Sequence record: SRR31156797_8157
Strand: one strand, 5' to 3'
Length of the DNA: 46,961 bases
Below are positions 27,747 to 36,533 of the stretch, piece after piece. Each line of letters starts with the position of its first letter. Position 1 is the first letter of the stretch. The position numbers and the translations under genes are program-made. The notes beneath the pieces were generated by a model, which made no database searches, was not told the DNA's origin, and worked only from the letters and a program-made list of their open reading frames with translations.

Positions 27747-28658
27747 TTATGTTCGTGTTACCAGTTGTAAGTTTTTGACCCAGGCATCAAACAGGTTGGG
27801 CCATGTTTCAACAGGCAGTCCGATGGTGTCACGAATCCCGAAGCCATGTCCTCCTCGTTCAAACAAGTGCATTTCAACCGGTACGTGATGGGCTTTGAGT
27901 GCTTGCCAAAACACCACGCTATTTTCAACTTTAACAGCGGGGTCATCCACGGCGTGTATTAGCATGCAAGGAGGGGTTTGTGGGGAAACATGTGTTTCAT
28001 TAGAAAACGCGAAAAGATCGTATTCCGCAGGTTGTGCCCCCAACAACTCGTGACGAGAGCCTGGGTGCCCGATAGTCAGATCCATACTGATCACTGGATA
28101 CATCAAAGTAACGAAATCTGGGCGAGCATTAAAGTTATCAATATCGTTCGTTGGTTTATACGTCGACAAGCTATATCGCGTGGCTAGGCTGGAAGCAACA
28201 TGACCACCTGCAGAGAATCCGATTACGCCAAGGTGTTTTAGCTTCCATTTTTCTTGTTGTGAGCGGATAAGACGCATTGCGCGTTGTGCATCTGCTAGAG
28301 AAACTAAGTTACCTTCACTGTGTCCATCAGCAGGCATGCGATAGGTCATGACAAATACGGTATAGCCTTTGTCACTTAACACCTTCGCGGTATCAACACC
28401 TTCTTTATCAAATGCAACGCGTTTGTAACTGCCTCCGGGAATAATCAGTACCCCAAAACCATTCGGCTTTACGGGCTTCACGACCAAAATTTCAGGCGTT
28501 GTTATTTGGGTCACTTCTCTTTCCAAAGAGGGGGACGAAGTGTTGTTATGTGTGAAGTTGGGTGACAAAGTTGCAGTAGCAAAGTTTTGTGTGAAAAGAG
28601 GAAAAACGTCATGTTCAGGAAACCAATCTCTTAATGACGTAAATAGATGCTGGGACAT
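27747..28658 (-). CDS. Alpha/beta-hydrolase carbohydrate esterase, PaeX (pectin acetylesterase)-like
   Basis: PGGSY.RV..DKEG, MTYRMP, DAQRA.R, GFSAGGH, ARPDF..LMYPVISM, HAVDDP.V, MHLFE.G.HGFG. Confidence 0.85.
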   Translation of the reverse strand: MSQHLFTSLRDWFPEHDVFPLFTQNFATATLSPNFTHNNTSSPSLEREVTQITTPEILVVKPVKPNGFGVLIIPGGSYKRVAFDKEGVDTAKVLSDKGYTVFVMTYRMPADGHSEGNLVSLADAQRAMRLIRSQQEKWKLKHLGVIGFSAGGHVASSLATRYSLSTYKPTNDIDNFNARPDFVTLMYPVISMDLTIGHPGSRHELLGAQPAEYDLFAFSNETHVSPQTPPCMLIHAVDDPAVKVENSVVFWQALKAHHVPVEMHLFERGGHGFGIRDTIGLPVETWPNLFDAWVKNLQLVTRT

Positions 28659-28827
28659 GATACCACCTACAGTTTTTATCGTAGGTTGATACTAACGGAA
28701 CTGTTTTTGGCGGCCTTTGAAATCGTGCCAACAAAATTTAGCTTGTTGTAGTTTTTTATAAGACGAGCTTGGTCGCTTCAAGTTTTTGATAAAAAAGAAT
28801 GGTTAAATTGTTGAGAGAAATGGAGCA

Positions 28828-28854
28828 AGGTGCCGAGTGTGGTTTTCGGCACCT
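28828..28854. terminator. Hairpin after mqo (probable terminator)
   Basis: AGGTGCCGA-N9-TCGGCACCT, 10 nt after the mqo stop; weak U-tail. Confidence 0.55.
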
Positions 28855-28864
28855 AAAACCGCAG

Positions 28865-30469
28865 TTATGCGAATGTTGCGATTGGCGATTGATCGTTTTC
28901 GACTAACGTTTCTTTAGTTGAACGAACTTCTACCAAGTCTTGAGATAAACCCAGAGTCTCACTGGTGTCTAATAAAATTTGCTGATTAAGTTCAGGGTTT
29001 TCATTGAGCTTTTGCCCGTAGGAAGGAAGCATCTGCTTGATCTTTTTTTGCCACTTTTCGCTGGCCATTTGGTCACTGAAACAGTGCTCTAAAAGCTCTA
29101 ACATTATAGAGGCTGAAACCGATGCGCCCGGTGATGCCCCCAGTAACGCTGTTAAACTTCCATCGTCGGCGTGAACCAGTTCAGAACCAAGGTGCAACTC
29201 ACCACCTTTCCCTGGTACTTTTTTAATAATCTGTACGCGTTGGCCAGCTTGTAGCAAGGTCCAGTCTTCAGCTTTTGCGGCTGGGAAAAACTCTCGAAGT
29301 GCCTGCATGCGGTCTTCGTTACTTTGTAACAGTTCTCCAACCAGGTACTTGATAAGATCGAAGCTTTTCAAGCCAACCTGAGTCATAGGTAATAAGTTAG
29401 ACGGATTAACAGAGCCGAATAAATCAAGCAGCGATCCTTGTTTAAGGAACTTGCTTGAGAAACTTGCAAATGGACCAAACAGTAGTACTTCTTTACCATC
29501 TATCACTCGTGTATCCATGTGAGGAACGGACATTGGAGGCGCGCCAACTGGGGCTTTACCATAAACTTTAGCGTTGTGCTGTTTGACTACTTCTGGGTTG
29601 TCTGTCATTAAGAACTGGCCGCCTACGGGAAAACCGCCGTATTGTCGGGATTCAGGAATCCCAGATTTCTGCAGCAACGTTAATGATGCACCGCCAGCAC
29701 CAATAAAGACATACTTAGTATGTACTGTGCGTACGCTATTGTCTGAAAGGTTTTTCACTTTTACCAACCAGCTACCATCAGGTTGGCGTGCGAGCGTTTT
29801 AACGTCATGCCCGGTGCTTAGCTCAAAGTGCTGATTTTGTTTGAGTATATTCACCATGTGATGAGTCAGTGCACCGAAGTTTACGTCGGTACCAAAGCGT
29901 GATCGCGTAGCCGCTACGGGTTGGTTTTGTTCACGATTTTCCATGATCAGAGGTGACCAAGAGGCGATTTGTTGCTTGTCTTCTGAATAAACCATGCCTT
30001 CAAACAGCGGCGAGGTTTGTAACCGCTGGTAGCGCTTGCGTAAGAAATCAACATTGTTCTCACCGCTCACGAAGCTCATATGCGGGATACTGTTGATAAA
30101 GGTGCTCGGGTCTTGAATTAAACCCTGTTGAACTAGGTAAGCCCAAAATTGGCGTGACAACTGAAACTGTTCGTAGATATCAACCGCTTTACCCATTTGA
30201 ACTTCGCCATCAGCCGTTTGTGGCGTGTAGTTCGATTCAGCGAGTGAAGAGTGTCCGGTTCCGGCATTATTCCAGCCATTGGAACTCTCCTGAGCAACAT
30301 CTTCGAGCCGCTCGAACATTTCAATTTTCCATTGGGGTTCTAACTGCTGAATGATCGTTCCAAGCGTCGCGCTCATAATACCGCCACCGATTAAAACCAC
30401 ATCCGTAAGCGATTGTTTATCGTTAGCACTCGGCTGGTTGAATCCATTTTGACCAGATACCGTATTCAT
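28865..30469 (-). CDS. mqo: Malate:quinone oxidoreductase
   Basis: DVVLIGGGIMSATLG, ESSNGWNNAGTGH, FIGAGG, HNAKVYG, APPMSVPH.DTR, AGQRVQIIK, LLGASPGAS. Confidence 0.96.
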   Translation of the reverse strand: MNTVSGQNGFNQPSANDKQSLTDVVLIGGGIMSATLGTIIQQLEPQWKIEMFERLEDVAQESSNGWNNAGTGHSSLAESNYTPQTADGEVQMGKAVDIYEQFQLSRQFWAYLVQQGLIQDPSTFINSIPHMSFVSGENNVDFLRKRYQRLQTSPLFEGMVYSEDKQQIASWSPLIMENREQNQPVAATRSRFGTDVNFGALTHHMVNILKQNQHFELSTGHDVKTLARQPDGSWLVKVKNLSDNSVRTVHTKYVFIGAGGASLTLLQKSGIPESRQYGGFPVGGQFLMTDNPEVVKQHNAKVYGKAPVGAPPMSVPHMDTRVIDGKEVLLFGPFASFSSKFLKQGSLLDLFGSVNPSNLLPMTQVGLKSFDLIKYLVGELLQSNEDRMQALREFFPAAKAEDWTLLQAGQRVQIIKKVPGKGGELHLGSELVHADDGSLTALLGASPGASVSASIMLELLEHCFSDQMASEKWQKKIKQMLPSYGQKLNENPELNQQILLDTSETLGLSQDLVEVRSTKETLVENDQSPIATFA

Positions 30470-30637
30470 TAGGCTTAAATCTCCCTCATTGCAAACCTTT
30501 ACATACTGCTTTTCCCGCTGTTGAGCTCAACGCACCGTAGGGCTGCTACTCATCTGTTATTAGTTTCGTTATTAGCGGTTTGGCTTATTGAAAAATCCAT
30601 GTTTTCCAAGCCGAAAACAGACCTTGGTGTATTTGTA

Positions 30638-30652
30638 TGTAATTTAACTACC
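30638..30652. promoter_or_regulatory. Candidate HexR-like box (mqo-proximal)
   Basis: TGTAATTTAACTACC versus the TGTAAT-N3-ATTACA consensus. Confidence 0.35.
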
Positions 30653-30829
30653 AAAGCGGTAGGGGATGTTACACCTTTTTTAAGTTTTTTTCACAAATAT
30701 TTATCCCGCCCTAGCTGAATTTCCTAATGCGGGGTTCTTTTGCATTAAAAATACATGAATATGCACTTAAAAGCAGTTATCTGATTTGCTTAATAAACTG
30801 GGTTGTCTGTTATATCGAGGTTGGTTTGG

Positions 30830-30844
30830 TGTAATAAACCTACA
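30830..30844. promoter_or_regulatory. Candidate HexR-like box (between mqo and the DGC gene)
   Basis: TGTAATAAACCTACA versus TGTAAT-N3-ATTACA. Confidence 0.4.
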
Positions 30845-31013
30845 AATATGCGCTAAAAGCTAGCCATATTGTTGGTTTTTTCGTGTTTGGGGTGCAAACC
30901 GTTTAAATAAGCCTTAATCCTACATAATTGTAAGGATCGAGCGGTATTTCGCGTGCTGAGTGATTGATATTATTAGGCGGTTTACTAAGTAGCGAGTGCT
31001 AAGAGGGGTAGCC

Positions 31014-32513
31014 ATGCCGTTTAGCCAACAACTCTGTCCATATTGTGATTTGGACACATTATCTGTACATGCCACCAGTTGTGGGCACAACGTACTTCAA
31101 TGTGGAAAATGCGGCGCACGCGGTCCGAAGACTTCTAGGTTGATTACTCCATCGATTTTACCGTCGTTTGCTAGCAAGAACCTGCTCCGGATTATGATGG
31201 ATGAATGCCCGGATATTGTTATGCTCAAAAACTGGGATGGAGAGTTCGTCCTGTGCAATAAAGCGCTCGCTGATCTCTATGGTACCACCGTTGAAAAAAT
31301 GATCGGTCGTACCGACGGGTACTACAACTCAAACCAACATCAAGTCAAATCATACTTAGACAGTGTTCGAGAGATCATCTCTTCTGGTGAATCACAAACC
31401 GTCCTTGAGACCTCAACTCACGCGGTTTCGGGTGAAGTTCGTCATTATCAGTCCACCAAAAAGCCAATTATTGGCCCTAATGGTAACCCTCTGGTGCTGA
31501 TTATCGCGCATGATATTACCGATCTACGAAATGCTCATCGAGAAATTGAAGAGAGCGAACGACGCTACACTTATGCAATGGATGCTGCATATTCAGGTAT
31601 GTGGGACTGGGATATCAGGAGTAACACTGTTCACCATAATGCTAAGTGGTGTGAGATGTTAGGTTTGCAAGATGATATGTGTGTTCATGACATGGAAGTG
31701 TTGAGCTCATTGATTCACCCGAAAGATAAAAGTGAAATGATGGCGGCGTTATATCAAGCGCTTGAATCAAAAGGAGAATACTCAAGTGAGCATCGAATGG
31801 TGCGCCCAGATGGAGAGGCCATTTGGGTGCATGACAGAGGTAAAGTTGTAGAGTTTGACGCGAATGGCCAACCGATACGAATGGTTGGTAGTTTTATCGA
31901 CATTACCGTCAACAAACGATTTGAGCATCAATTAGAGCGAACTTCGTTACAACTTGAACGTAATAACGACAAACTTGAACAGCTAGTTTTGGAACGTACT
32001 AGGGAACTTGAATTAGCGGTAGAACAGCTAGAAAACATCGCTACCAAAGATCAGCTAACAGGGTTAGGTAATCGCGTGATGCTTGAACAGTGGCTTGGTA
32101 TTCAAAATAGAAATCAAGCTTTAGTGACCGTATTGCTCGATCTCGATCATTTTAAATCCATTAACGATTGCTATGGTCATCATGTGGGTGATGAGGTTTT
32201 AAAATCGGCGGCTCAATGCCTGCAACAAATTAGAGAAAGCGATTTGCTCATCCGTTGGGGCGGTGAAGAGTTTTTGATTATTTTTACTGCGGTTACGGTA
32301 GAACAAGCGCGAACAATTGCAGAAGAGCTGCGTCGTTCAATTGAATCATCAACAATCCTCAAGGATGGCAAAAAGTTAACCGCCAGTTTTGGCGTTTGTT
32401 CTAAAGCCGTCAACAAACACCAAATAGAGTCGGCCATTCAGGAATCCGATCAAGCGCTGTACCAGGCAAAAAACGCAGGGCGCAACAGGGTTGCGGTATA
32501 CCAAGCCAAATAG
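31014..32513 (+). CDS. Diguanylate cyclase: Zn-ribbon - PAS - PAS - coiled coil - GGEEF
   Basis: CPYC...CGKCGARGP N-terminus, two PAS/PAC repeats (GMWDWD, IHPKD, RMVG...DIT), DQLTGLGNR, DLDHFK.IND.YGH..GD, RESD-x5-GGEEF; SD GAGGGG before ATG 31014. Confidence 0.92.
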   Translation: MPFSQQLCPYCDLDTLSVHATSCGHNVLQCGKCGARGPKTSRLITPSILPSFASKNLLRIMMDECPDIVMLKNWDGEFVLCNKALADLYGTTVEKMIGRTDGYYNSNQHQVKSYLDSVREIISSGESQTVLETSTHAVSGEVRHYQSTKKPIIGPNGNPLVLIIAHDITDLRNAHREIEESERRYTYAMDAAYSGMWDWDIRSNTVHHNAKWCEMLGLQDDMCVHDMEVLSSLIHPKDKSEMMAALYQALESKGEYSSEHRMVRPDGEAIWVHDRGKVVEFDANGQPIRMVGSFIDITVNKRFEHQLERTSLQLERNNDKLEQLVLERTRELELAVEQLENIATKDQLTGLGNRVMLEQWLGIQNRNQALVTVLLDLDHFKSINDCYGHHVGDEVLKSAAQCLQQIRESDLLIRWGGEEFLIIFTAVTVEQARTIAEELRRSIESSTILKDGKKLTASFGVCSKAVNKHQIESAIQESDQALYQAKNAGRNRVAVYQAK

Positions 32514-32613
32514 CTTATTTTACTTTACTAGTTCAGATCCAATTAAAGTTTATGTAAACAAAAGCCATTGGTCGCTATAGTAGAATCCAAGCAGAGTAAA
32601 ATAAGGATAAAAC

Positions 32614-32997
32614 ATGTTTAGTCATATTATGGTTGGCTCTAATGACATTGAAAAATCGAAAGCTTTTTATGACGCTATTCTTGAAGTATTGGGATATTCT
32701 GAGGGTGTTATCGATGCTAAGGGGCGTTGCTTATACCTAAGCGAACAAGGCGTGCTAGGTATCACAAAGCCGATTAATGGTGAAATTGCGACTCATGGCA
32801 ATGGCATGACCATTGGATTCAAAGTCAATAGTCCAGAACTTGTTGATGCTTGGCATGCTGCAGGTGTTGCCAATGGTGGAGTGACCTGTGAAGAGCCACC
32901 AGGGGTCAGAGAGAGTCCAGACAGAAAGTTGTATCTGGCGTATTTGCGGGATCCTGCGGGAAACAAAATTTGCGCAGCGCACTACATGCAAAAGTGA
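32614..32997 (+). CDS. VOC/glyoxalase-family protein
   Basis: MFSHIMVG.ND...S..FYD, GNG.TIGF, YLAYLRDPAGNKICA. Confidence 0.9.
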   Translation: MFSHIMVGSNDIEKSKAFYDAILEVLGYSEGVIDAKGRCLYLSEQGVLGITKPINGEIATHGNGMTIGFKVNSPELVDAWHAAGVANGGVTCEEPPGVRESPDRKLYLAYLRDPAGNKICAAHYMQK

Positions 32998-33005
32998 TTG
33001 GATTT

Positions 33006-33034
33006 AAAAGCTCGTGTTAAACACGAGCTTTTTT
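33006..33034. terminator. Bidirectional Rho-independent terminator
   Basis: AAAAGCTCGTGT-TAA-ACACGAGCTTTTTT between the convergent VOC and msrA genes. Confidence 0.9.
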
Positions 33035-33050
33035 GCATTCATAACAGGAG

Positions 33051-33530
33051 TTACTGGCGATACTTATGCAATAACGACCAAGGTATGTGGCATAAATGAT
33101 GATCGTCTTTATGACGAGATAATCTGTGTTGATGCACTTCATCACTGGCGATGTAATGCGTTAGCGGCAATACTTCCAGCGCGATTTTATCTGCGTCACA
33201 CCGTGCATGTATATAGTTCGTGGCTTCAGCTAAATGTTCGCTATTTTCACTATATATACCGGTACGATATTTCAGGCCCACATCATTACCTTGTTGGTTA
33301 ATACTGTAAGGATCGATAATTTCGAACAGGCACTCAACCAACTGGGTGACAGAAACCTTTGTTTGGTCGAAATCTACACGTACGCATTCTGCGTAGCCGT
33401 CATAATCACTATCTGTTGAATCACTGGTACCGTTTACTCGCCCAGCTTCAGTTTCCCGTACTCCGGGAACATATTTTATGAATTCCTGCACACCCCATAA
33501 GCATCCACCAGCGAGATAAATTGTTTGCAA
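33051..33530 (-). CDS. msrA: Peptide-methionine (S)-S-oxide reductase, short MsrA variant
   Basis: YLAGGCLWG, YAECV.V.FD, IDP...NQQG.D.G.KYRTGIY, HQ, LCHI; TTG start. Confidence 0.85.
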   Translation of the reverse strand: MQTIYLAGGCLWGVQEFIKYVPGVRETEAGRVNGTSDSTDSDYDGYAECVRVDFDQTKVSVTQLVECLFEIIDPYSINQQGNDVGLKYRTGIYSENSEHLAEATNYIHARCDADKIALEVLPLTHYIASDEVHQHRLSRHKDDHHLCHIPWSLLHKYRQ

Positions 33531-33536
33531 AGAAAA

Positions 33537-34157
33537 TCACACTTTATTGGGTTGGAAATAGTTATTTTTAATCTGCACTTGAGCTGAGTAATGGGTACAA
33601 AGTAGTTCCAATAACCTGGCTGAGTGGTCTGCTAACGTGGCATAAGCACTGTTTGGTGCGTTGAGTTTCAAGTTTGCAAAGTAAAAGCCACTCCATGTGA
33701 CTAAATAATCGCTTAGCATTTCTTTGACATGTTGGTCTTGGTTGTCTTCAATCAGCATCCCAAGAATAATGAGCATCAAGCCAATGTGATCTTCAGGATC
33801 GCTTGCTTCTTCACGCAAGCCTAGGCCACAGTGTTCAATAAATTCACAATATTTCTTCGTTGACTGACCAAATTGAATTGACTCTTTATCCAAATACATT
33901 GAAGACCATGGAGGAGCAGCCATATCGGGTTGCAGGGTAAACAAATTATCGTGTTCGGCTTGGAGCACTGTTTGGTTGGTAAACTTAAAACCGTTGAGTA
34001 CCAGATTAACTTCTTTAATTGGCGTTTCAACTTCATCTTCTTCGAAGAAAGTACCAAACGGAAACTCTTTAAAGTCGCGAGGCGGGTAATAAAATAAAGC
34101 ACCAAATAGTTTACTAACGATAGCCAAATCAGTATTTGAGAGAGAGTTAAGTTCCAC
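33537..34157 (-). CDS. TorD/DmsD-family chaperone (YcdY-like)
   Basis: LFGALFYYPP, APPWSSMYLDKE, PEDHIGLML motifs; GTG start with SD TAAGG. Confidence 0.85.
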   Translation of the reverse strand: MELNSLSNTDLAIVSKLFGALFYYPPRDFKEFPFGTFFEEDEVETPIKEVNLVLNGFKFTNQTVLQAEHDNLFTLQPDMAAPPWSSMYLDKESIQFGQSTKKYCEFIEHCGLGLREEASDPEDHIGLMLIILGMLIEDNQDQHVKEMLSDYLVTWSGFYFANLKLNAPNSAYATLADHSARLLELLCTHYSAQVQIKNNYFQPNKV

Positions 34158-34216
34158 GGTTTTACCTTATAAATCCATTTTGGGTATTGGTTTTATCAAC
34201 AAGTTGCAGACAGTAA

Positions 34217-34232
34217 TGTGATCAATATAACA
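34217..34232. promoter_or_regulatory. Candidate CRP site upstream of the chaperone-msrA operon
   Basis: TGTGA-TCAATA-TAACA versus TGTGA-N6-TCACA. Confidence 0.4.
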
Positions 34233-34477
34233 GGTTTGTCATCGTGCTGCGCGTGTTCTTTTATCGAATAGTATGTTGCTAATGTGAAGTGGTGGCCGTT
34301 AATTACACATAATTATGTGCTTCTAAAGCAGTAACTTAGGTTTTTGTCGCTTGAAGGAAGGTATTCGTGCTAAGCGCGTTATATAAGAGAGGTTAACGCG
34401 AAATTAAGGTGTTGTGTTTTACTCTATGGTAGTAAGCCGAGGGATATCCTTTTCCCTTTGGCTTAGCGTCGTCATTA

Positions 34478-34813
34478 TTAGTCGTCTTTTGAATCGAACT
34501 GATAACCTAAATCAACAATCGCACGGTACTGGACGTTACCTGAGTTAGTCGCAAATTTTTGAACTGTCACTTCAGTGTCGTTGATACCTACGTTGTCTAC
34601 GCGACTGTAAGACAGAACTGGAAGTTGGAACTTAAGTTCGCCTTGATCCATCGTTTTGAATGAATCTGCTAGCTCGAAACCTGCTTGATAAGCGGCCGCT
34701 TTAGAGCTGAATGCGTCAGTTTTGAAAGTAGCATTGCTGTCAATGGTGGTAGTAGACGCAAATGCAGAAGTTGTAAGTAAAAGACCTGCGGCTGTAATAA
34801 GTAGATTTTTCAT
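34478..34813 (-). CDS. DUF3316-like secreted protein (copy 2)
   Basis: Signal peptide ending SAFA, SKAAAYQAG, ELKFQLPV, YRAIVD; paralog of the upstream gene. Confidence 0.8.
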   Translation of the reverse strand: MKNLLITAAGLLLTTSAFASTTTIDSNATFKTDAFSSKAAAYQAGFELADSFKTMDQGELKFQLPVLSYSRVDNVGINDTEVTVQKFATNSGNVQYRAIVDLGYQFDSKDD

Positions 34814-34861
34814 ATTATGTACCTTTTAAATAGTGACTTAAATAAGTGGGAATAATTGTTA

Positions 34862-35200
34862 TTAGTGAGTTTCTTTAGCGTCAAAATGGTAATCAACGTC
34901 AACAATTGCACGGTATTTCACTTCACCGCGTAAAACTGCAAATTCTTCAACTTGAACTTGAGTTTTATCTACAGCAATGTTGTTCACATTTTGGTAAGTG
35001 TTTACCGGAAGTTGAAAACGCAGTTCGTTTTGAGTCATCGCGCTATAGTTATCTGCTAAGTTATGACCCGCTTCGATAGCTTCCGCTTTTGTCGCGTAGC
35101 TTGCTGTCGATACTTGAGTGTCGTGTTGCAATGTGATGTTTGAAGCGAACGCTGAAGTCGATAGAAGTACTAGTCCTGCTGCTGTCATTAGTTTGTTCAT
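34862..35200 (-). CDS. DUF3316-like secreted protein (copy 1)
   Basis: Signal peptide ending SAFA, TKAEAIEAG, ELRFQLPV, YRAIVDVDY. Confidence 0.8.
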   Translation of the reverse strand: MNKLMTAAGLVLLSTSAFASNITLQHDTQVSTASYATKAEAIEAGHNLADNYSAMTQNELRFQLPVNTYQNVNNIAVDKTQVQVEEFAVLRGEVKYRAIVDVDYHFDAKETH

Positions 35201-35294
35201 AGTCGTTACCTTTTGTTGGTCTGATGTATTATTTTCTTACGAAATGTCAGACTTTTCTGTCATTCGATGTGGGCATTATGAGCAAAATTAATAA

Positions 35295-35310
35295 TGTGAT
35301 AAAGGTCTCA
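35295..35310. promoter_or_regulatory. Candidate CRP site upstream of the DUF3316 pair
   Basis: TAA-TGTGA-TAAAGG-TCTCA-TTT versus AAA-TGTGA-N6-TCACA-TTT. Confidence 0.4.
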
Positions 35311-35516
35311 TTTAGCATTTCACTATGGACATTTTGGCAACAATAAAAACGGGGATAACGGTTGATATTTGGCTTGATTTGATGGCAAATGATAATGACT
35401 TACTCGAAACTCGAATACGTTTGGGCAATCGTCGATTATCAGAGGAAAGAGAGAGAATGGCTAAAGGGTAGGGAACAATCTGCGGTTTAATCACATAGTT
35501 CTAATGACTACTATGG

Positions 35517-36458
35517 CTACTCTGTATTTAGGTAGCTCTCCCATATTGGCGGGGTTCCAATAACTTCTTCAACCGTTTCAATGAACAGTTTTACAAGAGG
35601 GGGTTGGTTTCGGTGAGAATAAAGAGCGTACAATCCACCCCTTAGGGAAATTTGATAGTCCGGAAGTAGTTTAACTAAACCTAACTCTTTGATGTTCTTA
35701 GTCAACATCATTTGGCCAACCACGATGTAGCCCAGTCCTTCCTGTGCCGCCTCCATGAGTAGTTCTACTTCGTTAACTCGATAGCGACCTTGTGTAACCA
35801 GACTAAACGTTTGTTGCTCATTTTCAGTAAACAGTTGTACTTTATCTAGGGTAAATGAGCGGTTGGAGTATATCACTGCTGGTAATTCAGCGAGTTGCTC
35901 TGGTGTGCTTGGGAAACCATAACGCGCAACAAAATCCTCAGAAGCCAGGATCGCCATACTATGTTCCGTGAGCCTTTTCGCTACTAAATTGGAGTCTTCA
36001 GGTACACCAATACGAAACGCGATGTCGAAATTATCGCCGATAAGGTCGACTTTTTTGTCATCCAGCATGATTTCTAAACTGACTTGGGGGTATCGCTTCA
36101 AGAAACAATTTACGGCTTTTTTCAAGTAGGTTCGACCGAACAGTGCTGTACTGGATATTCTCAAAATCCCCTTTGGTTCATCATTAAATGTGTTCGCTAT
36201 ATGATTGGTTTCATCGAGTAAATCGCGCAGTTTTTGTGATTGTTTAACGATCTCAACACCCGCTGGAGTGAGCGCTATAGAGCGCGTCGAGCGATTAAGA
36301 AGCCTTAGACCAAGTGAATCTTCCAGTTTTTTAATCTGTTTAGACAGCACAGAGCGATCTATACCGCGTGTATCGGCTGCTTTGGCAAAAGATCCATGCT
36401 GGTGCACTTCTAATAGCATGATGAGTCGGCTAGCTAAATCCATAAATTCCGTATCCAA
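35517..36458 (-). CDS. LysR-family transcriptional regulator (CrgA/DmlR-like)
   Basis: GSFAKAA....S.LSKQIKKLE..LG.RLLNRSTR...LT.AG, PKGILRIS, DIAFRIG; start may be 36443. Confidence 0.92.
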   Translation of the reverse strand: MDTEFMDLASRLIMLLEVHQHGSFAKAADTRGIDRSVLSKQIKKLEDSLGLRLLNRSTRSIALTPAGVEIVKQSQKLRDLLDETNHIANTFNDEPKGILRISSTALFGRTYLKKAVNCFLKRYPQVSLEIMLDDKKVDLIGDNFDIAFRIGVPEDSNLVAKRLTEHSMAILASEDFVARYGFPSTPEQLAELPAVIYSNRSFTLDKVQLFTENEQQTFSLVTQGRYRVNEVELLMEAAQEGLGYIVVGQMMLTKNIKELGLVKLLPDYQISLRGGLYALYSHRNQPPLVKLFIETVEEVIGTPPIWESYLNTE

Positions 36459-36533
36459 GAGTGCTTACTTAAGCGTTGTACTCATAATACAACGGCCCGT
36501 AGAGGGCCGCCAATTTTGCAAAGAAATTGAGAC

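Noticed and set aside
28690-28735. Sigma-54 promoter or KdgR box upstream of the PaeX-like gene
   Set aside because: TTGGCACG is present but the -12 GC is missing; the AAC-T-GTTT spacing does not fit KdgR
33500-33539. Selenocysteine recoding of the UGA between the chaperone and msrA
   Set aside because: No SECIS-like hairpin follows the UGA and it does not align with a catalytic Cys
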